A DNA stretch of 54,209 nt, filler included, from Bipalium vagum (taxonomy: Eukaryota): assembly GCA_037834085.1 (NCBI GenBank). It is 3 parts of 3 records of this genome, joined end to end, with 100 filler letters (N's around TTAATTAATTAA, not from the genome) between each part and the next. Parts side by side here need not be neighbours in the genome. Positions count along the whole stretch, not along the records: positions 1 to 19,663 come from JBBMKC010270534.1; 2 more parts are not named here. One strand, given 5' to 3'. The position numbers and the translations under genes were made by a program. Numbering within the stretch: the stretch's first letter is position 1; each line of letters starts with the position of its first letter. The notes under the pieces were generated by a model. The model was not told the DNA's origin. It saw only the letters and a program-made list of their open reading frames with translations, and did not search any database. Of the stretch, positions 1-19,099 are shown in pieces.

Positions 1-229
1 TTATTAGTGTAAAATTTTTTAATGTGTTTTCTGTAATGTACTTCAATATATCAATGATTTTCTTGAATTTTATCTTTTTCCCAATTAATTCGAACACTGC
101 TGTATAACGTAATAAAATTAAAAGTATGTTACGCGTCTATTTCTTAGCTTTCAAATGGTGTGCAACTTGTTAAAATTTAAACAAATAATATATTTAAAAT
201 TTGCTTTTAAAGTTTATATAGAAAAAACT

Positions 230-815
230 CACGAACTTATGAATCAACCCAATACATTTGGAAGGCCGGAGAGTATCCTGACAGACAGAGGACGCAATTT
301 TGAGAATGCTTGGCTGCAGAAGAATTGGAAAGGTTTGAATATCAAGCAAGAATTCAGCGCTCCCTATCAGTACAAATCCTATAGTCTTGTGGAGAGGATA
401 ATAAAAACAATAACTACTTCAATAAAGAGTGGTTATGAAGAACAGGACAAGTACGAACTGCTACCGATGATCAGGCTTAGAATTAATGCAACTCACCAAA
501 ATTCAAAAAAATTCTCACCGTTTGAAATCGTCTACGGTCACAAAGTGAATATTCATTCGGTATTGGATGATTATTATCGGAGTTGAGAAAAAATAATCGA
601 AAGTAATTTTGGATACAGCTACGGACAAAATAGGTCAATTCGAAAGGAGCAAACACGGACAACGAATTTTCTTGATTAAAAATTCAGTGTTGGTCAGAGT
701 AGCACCACACAAGAGGAAGAAAAATTATTTTCAATATGAAGAGCCCTACGAAATTTTGCGTTTTTTGTGTCCTCATCAATTTTCAAATTCTTTTAAAGGT
801 GAAACTACTGAATGA
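230..815 (+). pseudogene. Ty3/Gypsy LTR-retrotransposon integrase remnant (rve core + GPY/F-like tail)
   Basis: ORF 155..586 has FGRPESILTDRGRNFE...FSAPYQYKSYSLVERIIKT...SPFEIVYG, the rve D..E core. ORF 609..815 has VLVR...FQYEEPYEI, a GPY/F-like module. Broken by a stop and 5'-truncated. Lies in the NDR intron region. Confidence 0.8.
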
Positions 816-898
816 ACTACTTTTTGACTTTATTTTCATAATTAATAATTAAAGATATTTCCGATTTAATGTTAATGTTAATTTTATAAAGATAAATA

Positions 899-1501
899 CA
901 GAGTGGCGCATCTGTAGTAGGTCCGGAAAATATTTCTTCAGCATTTTATTTCTTTTTATTTTTTACAATGTATGTTAAATATTCTTTTCAAAATGTATGG
1001 ACGAAGATTAAATAAAATTCAACGCATTTTTATTTTAATGACATTACCAAGAAAACCAAAAAATTTAAACGGTTCAAGAAAAGTTTGAGCTCCAATTTCA
1101 ATGAATTCCAGTGCCTACTAAATTCCCTATTAAAAAATTAATCAAAAACCCGTAATGGATGCTCCAGAAACAGAAAGACACAAAAGTGTAACGACTCAGA
1201 AGAATTTAGAAAAAATCGCAAAAGATATTTTTGCTGATCGTACAAAATCCACTCGCAAAAGATCACCGCAGCTGAATATGTATAGATGTTCCTAGCAAAG
1301 AACACTACACCAGTAAAAGATGTATATAAAACCAAGCCAAATTAAATTAAATCGCTGCTAATGAGACTCAATTTGAGCACATTTTTTTTAATTAAATAAA
1401 TGTTATTATTCTGCAGTTCTTCAATTTATATTTTTTAGTTAGTGTATGACGATGCATAAAATACAACCTGCAAATTTCAGGTTTTTTCGGGTGCTACCCG
1501 G
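899..1501 (+). mobile_element. Decayed Tc1/mariner (DD41D/maT-like) N-terminal fragment
   Basis: Starts TA|CAGAGTG, the same terminal 7-mer as the DD41D end at 48891. Plus frames give QRIFIL...VQEKFE...DAPETERHKSVTTQKNLEKIAK, like the HTH-GRP linker region. The right end TA|CCGGGTAGCAC matches the left only loosely. Confidence 0.4.
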
Positions 1502-2122
1502 TATATAATTGAAGATAATTTTTAAATATTTTTATTTAGATCCTGGAATGATATTTGAATCCATAAATAAGAAATTAATATTGATAACTTACTGGTTAAA
1601 ACCATAAATAGATATTAACATAGGAAAAAAGAACCTAGCCTATAACCATTTTAAAATAATATTAGTTTATAATACTGAAGGAATAATTTTGCTTTAATTT
1701 TCCATCAAAAATCTTGAAAATGTGATCATCCAAATTAATTAATAAGTTTTGAAAGATATCTATTTAATACATACATGTATTAAATATAAATACATGTACT
1801 ATAAAAAATTATTGAAGGATTTTCTTAAAATATTCTGAAGAACAGTGACAAACATTATTTTATAATAAATTAAAATGTCTAACAATTGATTAACCTCGAT
1901 AGTAATTAACAAAGAGAAAAGTATTTGCAAATAAATTTAAATTCATTTGACTATAAATGTGAAATGATAGTAAATCATAATTAATTGCACATGACTGTAA
2001 TATACGAGTTCGCAAGGAAACAATAAAAATAACATTCATAAATTATTTTAAATGTCGGGTCAGTTGTCGGCAAGCTCAATTTTGATATTAATGGTGTCTA
2101 TATTGATGTCAATAAAATATTA

Positions 2123-7957
<5,835 letters not shown>

Positions 7958-9084
7958 ATAGTAACTGTGTCTGCGATTATAGGACTGAATTTGAAATTAT
8001 ATTTTAACAATATCAGTAAAAGTTAGTAAATTGATAGGCAACAGTTATATCTATAAACAATGTTATTTTTTTAATGAAAACTTGTAATTGTATTTTTAAG
8101 TACCTGCAGACATTCTTCAAAACTGAAATAGTTAATTAGTGATCAAAAAATTATGGGGTTTCCCGTTTCAGTGTAAAAACTATCATTAAATTAATCAATT
8201 AACTAAGTACTATATTTTAGAACTTAGTATTTTATATTCTTGTATTACTCAATTCTAGCGCAGTTAATTACTTCTCTAAGCTTGTCCTTTAAAAGCGGTT
8301 AAAATAAAAATCTCAACTATGTTTTCCATTTGAAGCAATTAGTAAAAACTTGACATAAGTGACAAATATTCCATCAGAATTATAAATGTAATAAATAATG
8401 TAATAATATCTCAATATCATGATGAAAAATATTTTAATAAAAATGACATGTTTGAGTTTTAATATTTCCTATTTCAGTTAGATCAATGTGTTTTCTTCAA
8501 AAGATAAATTTTAATGAAAGAAATATTCTTCACTTCTGTGTTAAACATTAGTAAAATATCTTTAAAAATAAAACAGTTATAATTTTAAACTTAAAAGATA
8601 ATTCAAAATTCTACAAAATTGTTAAAGGTTACTAAACAACAAAAATTTAAATTTTAAGGAAATGCTTATCGTGTAATTTGTAAGGTCGGAAATCGAAAAA
8701 ATCCATCTTCATTTTTAACCTTTTGGTTACATAATGCTACTAGAAGACTAAAAGAGAAAAAAATTGGCGAAAATATTCTTAAAAGTGTTATGTGAATTTT
8801 TTTCAACTTTATTTTGTGCTTTTCGGATAAATAATGGTATTATAAATCTAAAACAATTACAATTCGATTTTAATTATTCCTCACAATTTTGATTTTTTTG
8901 AATTTGGACAATTTACTCCATTTTTTAATTTCTATTAAATTTTCACTATTAGAGTTTCTAAACATGTCACTTTAACTTAATTTTCAGATATCACTAGTTT
9001 AATATAAATTTAAAAAGTAAAACAATGTTTAAATTAATTTTTTGCAACATAATTATTCATATGAAAACAAAGATAAACCATTTA

Positions 9085-10170
9085 CAGGGTTTAACCTCAC
9101 ATTTATTTTATTCACACTTTTTCAAATTTTATATTCGATATTAAAATATATTTGTTTATACAAATACAAACACAAATTTAAAACATAAAATGATAATGGG
9201 CATTCAAAAAAGCAAATCACAGAAAAAAATAGCGTAAATATATCTTCGATTTATCCAATTATAAAGGTATGTTTTATACATGCTTTTACTTTTACATCTA
9301 TATTATAACATTTTAGATATATATTTCTGAAAACAGAAACACTCGAAAATTAAAAGGGAGTTCAAAAAGCAAATAATTGAGGATAATCATGTGGAATCAA
9401 TACATAAATAAATAGATTCAGATTGTTCAAAAACTCTGGATAACATTCGCCAAAAATTGAAGGATGATTTCAATGTTTACTTCAGCATTATGAAATTTTC
9501 AGATATATTAAATTATTCCGCTACACAATGAAAAGAAAGACCTTAATAGCTACAAGGAGAAATGATCAGAAATCTATAGATGACAGTGAAAAATATGCCA
9601 ATGATTTTTATCATTTAATATCAATTATTGATGAGAACCGCTTGTGTTTCTTTTAATGTATCTATGAGATGAAAACACGGCCAATCTCACAGAGGTACAA
9701 ATGCAGTTCAAAAATATGCCTGGATTAAGATTCAGAAATATCAGTGTGCTGTGCCATTACCAAACTTGGCATTACTAAATATAATGCGCAGATAATGGGG
9801 AAGAATTCAAGAAAGTTCACTGCTTTAATTTCATCCATAATGGAACATATTGAAACTGAGAGAACCGGCAAATACTAATTATAATCAATACTGTACCATT
9901 CCATAAATGTAAAGTGGCCAGAGGATTGATTGAGGAAAAGGGACTTATTCTTCAATTTTTACCACCATATTTCGTGTTGCTCAATCCTATTGAGAACTTT
10001 TTTACCAAATGGAAACAATGCGTCCGACGAAAAGACCAGATAACGAAGATCGCTTATTTGAATTAATTGAAATTGTAACAATTATCGCTGATGATTGTGA
10101 GGCATGATTGTGACATATGCTTGGATCTCTTCCGAAATTAAAAATTTGAAATGAGGTTAAACAGTTGGTT
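9085..10170 (+). mobile_element. IS630/Tc1-superfamily (DD37E/DDE_3-like) element, decayed
   Basis: Frameshifted plus-strand peptides: DCSKTLDNIRQKLKDDFNV, RRNDQKSIDDSEKYANDF and NTVPFHKCKVARGLIEEKGLILQFLPPYFVLLNPIENFFTKWK. A short inverted match GTTTAACCTCA / TGAGGTTAAAC sits near the ends. Confidence 0.8.
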
Positions 10171-11692
10171 AGTCTTTTATCCAAAAAATTCTCACTCTGC
10201 AATAATATTCATTTTTTAATAAGGTTAGGTGAAATTATTTAACACCTAAATTTAAAATATTAATTTATATTTTTAAAGAAAACAAATCATTTTTGGATAG
10301 TAATTTTTTAATGTAATATTGAAAATAGCTTATGACATTCCTCATCGTTTTCCTTGATAAAATATTTTTAGAAATAGAAAATTTTTTAAAGACCATTTAT
10401 ATTAATATATGAGATATGTTTAACTTTTTAATTTTACAAATAGTGTAAATTAACAATATAACAGTAAGATTCTTCGGACATAAAATCAATTTTCATACTT
10501 ATATACTTAATAATTATTGATTTTTCATTATTAGTATAAGGGCTTAAAATTTATTAATTTCGTTTTTGAGTTTTACAGAAATATTTTAGAAAAATATAAT
10601 GTAAATGAGTTATTAGAGATATTTAAATTTTAGCTTATTATAGTCACTTTGGAAAAGCATACTTACGTCAATGTATAATATGTAAAGTTCAATTGGGTAA
10701 AATCTGAAGTTAAGCCTAAACCACATGATCGCATGCTAATTATCATTTGATGGTATAGTTTGTATTGTTTTTTTATGATTCAAGAAAATTTACTTAACGA
10801 TATTTTAGACTTTATTTAATTTAAATATAATTGAGAATGAATACAAAATAAATGGTTAGGATAAAACTGATTATTGAAAAATACTTTTTTGGAAAAAGTT
10901 AGGAAAATGTCTACATTAAAACAGATTTTAAATATTTTTTGTGACTGAGGTCCACTCTATTATATAAAAAAATAAAAAACTCGGTTGAGAACAAGTCATT
11001 GACAACGATGTCGGAAAATTTTCAAAAAATTATAAAATATTTATTTCTCTTGTGCTCAAAATTTTCAGGAATTCGATCTATTTTATTATTTATGCTAGAA
11101 AATAAGTTAGAATTTTAATTTCTCTTATTTTGAATCAAGATTTATTTTAAAAATAGATTTTCCGAAGTCATTATTAAATGAAATAATAATGTAGTTATGT
11201 AATAAATATAATGTAGATGTGTAGCTCAAAATTAGGAACATAAAAATGAAAATCGTTTTTTTTTAGTGAATTTTAGAAACTGTCATGAGAAAATTGTTAT
11301 TTTTGAAAAATATAAGTAAAAAATCCAATAAACATAAAATCTTTATTGATTAGTTAGAAAGGGATAGCACTAAAAGGTAAACACCAATTTTTTTTATATG
11401 TAACAGCTTGTTCCTATTAATTTCGAGAAAGACTAATAATAAATTGAGTATATTTTTGAGCTAAAAATGATAGAGATAACTAAAACTGGCTAAAAAACCA
11501 AATAAGATTCCTGTTATAAACGAAAGAGTTAATGTATGAGATGATTTAAATTATGAAATATTTGTTTGTGTATATTTTGAATTAATAAAAAATTATCGGA
11601 AGAAAACAAATAGTAAAAAACATAGCAAACAGAGTTCGAAAAAGTTATTTGTGGACTCTTATTCAGATATCAAAGTACTTATATCATTTACG

Positions 11693-12268
11693 GGTACTTG
11701 TCTAATATCTACCCACAAAAGAGTATTGTGTAATTATGTAAACTTTTAAGTAATTTTAATACTAAAAAAGTCTTGTTTGTTTCAAAGATTGTTTCAAACG
11801 GATCTTGACCGTTTAGACGAGTTCTCCACATGTATTCAGCGAAGTATTAGTCTAAAAAACTTATAGAAGTTCTACTTTGTACCTTATTTCGGAATTTAAC
11901 TCTCCGCCACATACGCTCAACAGTATGGGTATGTGCTCCTGTTACTGTATTTACAAAGTTATATTTATGATTTACTTTTAGATGAGGATATCCAAACTGT
12001 AAATCATTGTATGCTCTCCAGTTATCTGAAATAATTATACTGCCTGGTAAATAAATGACTGAATAATTGGCAGTAAAGTGGTAACTGAACGGTCCGGAAC
12101 CTTAACGATGAAACATTCCTTAGTTTCTCGACATATTCCTTCGAATATCCATTGCTGCGGTAGTACTCGTCTTGCATTGTTCCTACGCCGCGTAAAAAGA
12201 CCGTCGTAGTATTAAAAGTTTGCATAATTACATAATACTCTTTTGTGGGTAGATATTAGACAAGTACC
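11693..12268 (-). mobile_element. Merlin (IS1595/ISXO2-like) non-autonomous DNA transposon
   Basis: TIRs of about 60 bp begin GGTACTTGTCTAATATCTACCCACAAAAGAGTATT. There is a perfect 8-bp TSD CATTTACG (11685-11692 and 12269-12276). The interior minus-strand peptide VNHKYNFVNTVTGAHTHTVERMWRRVK...YFAEYMWR is an ISXO2/Merlin DDE C-terminus. Confidence 0.92.
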
Positions 12269-13476
12269 CATTTACGTACTGTATTTCATTGTTCAAAACA
12301 TAAATAATATAGTTATCTTATAAAAAATAATCTAATAATCAAAATAATGGTAAAATAGAAATGTCAAACAATATCAAAGAATATTTTATCACATTTCTTA
12401 CACATCTTCAAAAATTAAATTTTTTTGAAATCCTTCACATTTTGCTTTGTGCTAATTATTGGTATGTATAGAGCTTTTTATTCGTTAATGATAACAATAA
12501 AAAACTAACATCAAAATAAACTACATCTCTGTATAAGGAAGCTTTTGTCTTTTTATATTGATTGGACTTTTTGCGCCATAATTTTATCATTGTATAATTT
12601 CAGAATCTTTGTAAATTAAATATATCCACGGAAGAAAATAATCCGATGCCTTATATATTAAGAAAACCCAATACTAGCCAGAGAAAATGTAAATGAATAA
12701 AAAGTAAGCTTATATAATAAATCATACCACAATTTATTTATGTCACGCACTACTTATTGTCACTTGATAACACACAATTCAAATTTGAACTTTACTGAAA
12801 AGCGTTTTAATGGTTGATGTTACTATTATGAGATCATTAGTATAATGAGCCCTTACCGATTGTATTTTATACAGATAACAAAACTCTAATACATACATAT
12901 TAGTTATGTTGCAAACATTTTTAAAACAATTACAACCAAACCAATCAAATTAAAAATATTTCAAATGCACATTACGAATAAGTATTTAGTTCTTGCTAGA
13001 TTTTCAATAAGTAAATAAATTTCACATCTCATCTAACCTAATAAATTCCAAATTTTAATCCGGATAACAATAAATAAAATACATTAAATAATGAAACAGA
13101 AATAAGGTGAAAAATGTTGTTTGATTTTATATTATCTAATTTTTTATTAATAGAAATTACCTATTGAGAAATTTTCTCACCAAAATACTTAACTTTGTTT
13201 ACATTAGAAAATGCATGGCTGTGCATAAAATAGTCCTCAATTAAAGAATTAAAATGTGAAACCAAATTCTTTGTATCTAACAGTAATTTAAACAAAATTT
13301 AAGTAATTTTTTATTTTCATTTTACCATTGATAAGTCTTATTTAACTATTTTTAATATTATTAAGAATTTATTAATTAGAAAAAATTTAAAATTTCAGAA
13401 TAATTTATTAAAATAAGCATGAATGAATTCAATTGAATATTTAACAACTATTAAAATAATCCACTAACATTTACAG

Positions 13477-13780
13477 AGATGGAAAAAGTTTTTGTTTACA
13501 AATATAATTGTTTATGGTATTATAGATTTAAATGAAAAAAAAATGTGGTTCAGTAAATTATTGTCGACATATGAGCTAAATAAAAGATTTTTAGACAGTT
13601 CAAGTAATTCCATGTATTATTTAGCGGTTGAGAGTATTATTTCATTAGATTAATAATTATTTTTAATATTTTTTAGATGAAAGAATTAATGAATTAAAGG
13701 AAGAAATAAAAACTTTCCAAGAGGCTATAGTACAGAGAAAGAATGAAATCAAAATCTACTATGAAAAAATAGAGTTATGA
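13477..13780 (+). CDS. Tentative small-exon orphan gene or pseudogene (coiled-coil-like), 5' end unresolved
   Basis: Putative exons 13477-13487, 13526-13552, 13595-13633 and 13677-13780 are separated by 38-, 42- and 43-nt GT-AG introns. They join in frame to DGKNLNEKKMWFNSSSNSMYYLAVENERINELKEEIKTFQEAIVQRKNEIKIYYEKIEL*. No recognisable homology. Confidence 0.3.
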
Positions 13781-13872
13781 AAGAAAAGTAATGGAAATAC
13801 GTTCGAAGAAAAAAAGTGATTTAGAAATTAAATGAATAAAAAGCACAATCCGAAAAAAGAAGAAAATAATTA

Positions 13873-15014
13873 CAGTACCCTCCAAAAGTTTGTTCACCAT
13901 CTTTAAAATTTAGTACTAATTTAAGTAATTTGTTTTAATAACTTAATTTTTAAATTATTTAATTATTATTGTCTGCAATGTTTAAATAATATTGATGTAT
14001 GTTTATCATTTAAATTTCTATAATTCTTATAGCGTTTATTTCAGTTACAGAATGGCAAGGAAAATATCCGAATTTAATAGAAATGTCATAGTTGTACTTA
14101 AGAAGAATGAGAAAACCTGGAATGAAATTCAATTAGATTTACAGAATCAATATTTCAACAGTGTATCTAGACGTGGAATGCAAAAAATTTGCAACAGTTT
14201 TTAAGAACAAATGAAACTAAAGATTTAGCTCGCATTGGAAGACCCCGAAAGGTATCAATCATCAAAAAATATGGTATTCATGGCTACAAAAGCATAAGGA
14301 AACCTTTTCTATCAATAAGAAAAAGACAAAAGAGAATGTTATGGGCCAACAAGCATAAGAACTGCGATTTTAATAAGTGGAAAAATGTTGTCTTCAGTGG
14401 CTAAAGCATTTCCAGTATTATATTCAGCACTGGAAACATTGAGTATTACGGATAGCAAATGACAATGGCAAACAAGGAAATATGTATGGTGATGCTATTT
14501 TTCGAATGGTGTGGGATTATTAAAGAAGGTAGAAGGTTCTATGGATGCCAAATTATATCAGAGAAGAATAGTAAATGACATTGATGTCGTTGCTAAATGC
14601 TTAGTATTCCCTGAGAATAATTTCATTTTCCAACAAGACATGGCACCTCCACATAGGGCTTTGAGCACTTATAAGTACTTTAAAGTAAAAATATTGATGT
14701 GCTAGATTGGCCAGTAAATTCACCGGATGTCAACCCAATTGAAATTATTTGGGGATTTAAGCATGAAATGCAGCATGTTCCATGCCATTCCTAAGAAAAT
14801 TTGTGGAAAACAGTTCAACAACACTGGTATTCTTTGGATAGAAAATATTGTCAAAATCTCGTGGAATCAATGGCAATGCGATTCTATTCTCAATATGAAA
14901 GGGCATCAAACTAAGTCTTAAAATGTAATTGTGGTGAATATTTGATAAATAATCTTGACTTACATTCGTTTTTTTTATTTTGATAGGGGGTGAACAAACT
15001 TTTGGAGGGTACTG
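13873..15014 (+). mobile_element. Tc1 (DD34E) transposon with intact ends and pseudogenised transposase
   Basis: Perfect 26-bp TIR CAGTACCCTCCAAAAGTTTGTTCACC, TA on both sides. Fragments ARIGRPRKVS, RKPFLS..RQKRMLWANKH..WKNVVFS, FIFQQDMAPPHRA and WPVNSPDVNPIE lie in broken frames. Confidence 0.95.
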
Positions 15015-15229
15015 TAATACAATTCAAAATTTGTAATTTAATTTAATAAAATTTTAAAGATTTAAATAAAAACATAATGACTTATTATTTTATTAACTAT
15101 ATAACACATATTTTCTAAAATGTTTTACTAAAAAGGCTATAGTTAAGGAAATCAAAAATATTTTTTAAAAAAAATTAGAAAAAATATTTCTCATTAACTA
15201 TATTTTTTAGCATAACATTTTAGTCAATG

Positions 15230-15950
15230 TAACTCTTGATTTGAACGTAATTTATACCCCATTTCACAACACGTGTCTTTCAAAATTTTTAAAAATAATG
15301 ATAATTATTATTCTTTTATGTTTCCGAATGAATGTCAACTTTGTTGGATAGTAATAATAAGTCTATAGATTTTGTATTTAACCCCTCATTTAAATCTGAA
15401 TAATATATTACATCTGTTGTATAGTTTTCTCTTACATTCCCCTTAACCATTAATTCATATACATTTATTGGTATGTTTATCTTTTTTCAAATTGTTTTAT
15501 ATCATTAATTGAAACCCACTTATTTCCTGATGTTGACTCGTCTAATTCTTTAAATAAATCACTATCATAAATATATCTATTTGGATCATTAGCATTTTTG
15601 TTTAAGGGATTTAAATGAGCTAATACACAATATTAAAAACATTTATTATATGTATTTATATTAACAAAACAATTACTTCTAAAAGGTAATTCTATAAAAG
15701 AACCTCCTTTTAATGAATTTATTTTTACAACTTTAACTTTAATAGAATAATATTTGTCAATTATCAACTCTGATCCTTTTACTATATCTATTTTTCTATC
15801 CAACAATTCTTTATAATTAGAGATACGTGGTGACTTCAAAAAGTATCTAGAATGAAGCCGAAGGAACAATTACATTAGTATAACGTACCTTTTATCATAT
15901 CATCCTCTGTTATATATCTATTTAAATTTATAATCTGATCAGATTCAGTA
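15230..15950 (-). mobile_element. Polinton/Maverick protein-primed DNA polymerase B, N-terminal fragment (pseudogene)
   Basis: ORF 15633..15869 and its read-through give LKGGSFIELPFRSNCFVNINTYNKCF*YCVLAHLNP..NANDPNRY...INDIKQFEK..NIPINVY, the typical Polinton pPolB N-terminal motif series. Confidence 0.75.
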
Positions 15951-16499
15951 TTTTTTAAAATGAATTCATTATCTCTAGTGAATCGTAACATTAACTATAA
16001 ATTGATATTTAATTTTTCAAAAATTTATTTAACATGTTTTTTAAATAATTCATTATATTATCTTTATTAATTATTACATATTCTATTATAGTAATATTTG
16101 GTGAAGAAATATCATGAAACGTTTTTTCATCTATTTTAAATTGAGGAGCATTCTCATCTTCATTCACTAAGAATTTCAAATAATAATAATAATATTGCTA
16201 TATTTATTATAGCATTTATTATACGTAAAAGATTTCTTTAACAATTTTACCTTTTGAACCCATCCATCTTTGTACAATTTCATTTTTGAACCCATACACT
16301 AAATCTTAATTTTTATTATATATTACATATTATATTTTTAGTATCTGTGTAATACTTTTTTTAAAGTATTATTTGTTCATATTAATTTTAATTTAAAATA
16401 CGATTTTCAAAAGATTTGAACCACAAGACATGCAATTACTATCTAAGTATATACCATCTCGGCCTGCCAGTCTTGTGAAATCATAAAATTTTCAACCTG

Positions 16500-16650
16500 A
16501 TTCCATGAAAGGAATTATAAATATGAATAATAATAAAAAAATTAATGCATCTAATCCAGTATATGATAATGTTGTAAATATGAAATATGTTAAGCAATAT
16601 TTAAAACAAGTTAAAAACGATTTATTCAATGAAGTTATTAAATGTAAATA
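16500..16650 (+). mobile_element. Probable Polinton-associated ORF fragment
   Basis: MKGIINMNNNKKINASNPVYDNVVNMKYV resembles the M.G.INM.N.KI.N...P....VN..YV repeat found in Polinton-region ORFs. It is short and sits between two pPolB fragments. Confidence 0.35.
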
Positions 16651-17619
16651 TAATCGTAAGTAAAAAAAATAATTCTCTTTTATTTAATATTCAAAACCAA
16701 CTAAAATCATGTAAAAAAATGAAATAAAATAAAAGAATTGAAAAAAAAATTTTAAAATATAATTCCAGAGGTTCAAATTTTTTTTGAGAAACAATTAATA
16801 TAAGAATTGCTTCTAAAAAGAAATAAAGAGAAAATTGTGAAACAATAGAATTATCAATTAGTAAACTTATTTTTAATTGCATTAGAAATTATTTTACATT
16901 TTTTTAATTTGAATTTACTTTAAATCCTTCATCAGAATTGAGTTTTATAAGTAGAATAGATGATGGAAAATCTATAAATATTATTTTTTATCTCGATGTT
17001 GTGAACAAAGAAATTTAACAGATGCAATTAAATAATGTTCCCAATAAACCTATATATTTATTTCTTGCTTTTAGAAAATCTGAAATGAATTTTATCAAAA
17101 AATATATTTAATTTATCCAAAATATTATTATTGAGAGTAAAAGGAATATTTCTTATTATCCTTTGAATCCTATTTTATTTGAAAAAATCATTTAACTTAT
17201 CTGAATAATATAAAAGCTTATGAATACTTTAGAATAGATTCTCAACTATCTTTATTGAAATTTCAAAATTTATATTCTATATTTTGTTTTTATTTAAAAG
17301 AAAGTTAAGAAAAGTTATATGAAAATATTTTTCTTTTTTCAAATGTTGGTTTACTTATTTATTTTTTTAAAAGATAAAATGTTAAAACTTTAAAATAAGC
17401 TATATAATTCTTTTTTGGTTTCATATCTAAAATTAATTTTGACACTTTTGTGTGTGCTTTATTATTTGTTTCTAATAAATATTTTTGATAATCAGATAAT
17501 TCTTCATCTTATACAATACTAGAAACGGAAGCAAATAAATAAAATTCACAATATTTTTGTTTCTTCATCTTTATACCCTAAATCAACTTCAAAAATAAAT
17601 CCTAATATTGTATTATTAA

Positions 17620-18375
17620 AAAAAAAGATGGATCAATGGGTTCCCCGTTTATTTAATTCTCAAAAATCGCAGAGATTGAAAATTTGCCGAATACTGCTGG
17701 ATCGAAATGAAAAAGACCCATTTTAAAATCGCATCATCAAGTGTGATGAAAAATGGGTTATTTATTACAATCATAGACGCTCTGCTCAATGGTTAAATGC
17801 CGACCAAGCTCCTTTACATTGAACAAAGTCGGATTTACACTCGAAAAAGACAATGTTAACAGTATGGTGGTCTATGACTGTAGTCATACATTTTTCTTTA
17901 TTGGAACAAGGTGAAAATATTAACTCAGATAAATATTGTTCCGAAATTGAAATAATCAAGCTTTATGCATTAAACAACTTTCTTTGGTCAATAGGAAAGA
18001 AATTATACTCTTGCATGATAATGCCAGACCACATGTGTCAAAGAAGACGTTGCAAAAGCTTTTAGACTTAAAAATTGAAACTTTGAAACATCCACCATAT
18101 TCGCCCGACTTATCTCCGACAGATTAAAATTTAGATAATTTTTTGGATAAAAAAATTATTGCTAATTCGGGGGATGTCAAAAAGGCCATATTCGAATACA
18201 TCGAATCCAGAGAACCAGATTTTTAATGCCACTGTCATTTTGAAACTAGTTTCTAGATGGCAAAAATGTGTAAAATCTGATGGTGAATATTTCAATTAAA
18301 TAAAACTTTTTATTGGACTTTTATTGCTTTTTATTGCATATTGCGTAATTGGACATTTTATATGTCACAACCAAA
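17620..18375 (+). mobile_element. mariner (DD34D) 5'-truncated pseudogene
   Basis: WVPR...RIIKCDEKWVIYYNHRRSAQW...KTMLTVWW...LHDNARPHVS...HPPYSPDLSPTD, with stops and frameshifts. The right end ...ATGTCACAACCAAA|TA is TIR-like. Confidence 0.9.
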
Positions 18376-18479
18376 TACATTGATTTAAAAAATGATTAAT
18401 TAATTAAGAATAATCTTCAGAAAATTTCAATTGATTACTGTTATCAATATATTCATAAACAAAATTTTTATATGTTGGG

Positions 18480-19080
18480 TTAGCCAATGGCACATTCCTG
18501 TAAACCCTGATAAACATTATATGTTTAAAGACCACAAAAGGGTCAGAAGTAAAATAATAATAATAATACTAAAAATAATAATTTTTTATTATAATCCTGT
18601 TCTATTACATTTTTCAAAATCTGTAAAATAATCATAGGGATAAATTCTTTTCTTTTCTAATCAATTAAAATTATCACCAACCAATTCCTTTAAATATTTT
18701 TTATCATTTTCACCCAATGGTTTTTCTGCTCCATAAAAGGAACATAAAAGAAATCTTAATGAATCTACAAATTTATATGTTTTCATATAACTAAATGAAA
18801 TATATTTTTCATCTGTTTTTGGAATTAGATAAAATACATCATTTAGATTTGAGTTATACTCATCTAAATATATTTCATAAGCTAAATCCTTTATTAACTA
18901 ATAAAAGTCATAACCAGAACCATCGTGAAAAAATATTAGTACAAACTCTAAAGCACTTGCTTGAATATTGAATGAGTTGGTACTCTGTAACTTTCATCAT
19001 AATGATTATGATCGATAACTTTATCAAAAAAATTTTTATTTTCTTTTTCACAAAAATGACAAATATTATTTTCATTATCC
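18480..19080 (-). mobile_element. Polinton/Maverick pPolB fragment (EndoVII-like and exonuclease region), pseudogene
   Basis: The minus strand gives CHFCEK...KVIDHNHY..YR, IPKTDEKYISF, KFVDSLRFL and KKRIYPYDY, conserved Polinton pPolB motifs in broken frames. Confidence 0.8.
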
Positions 19081-19099
19081 TTTTCTTTTTTTTAATAAA

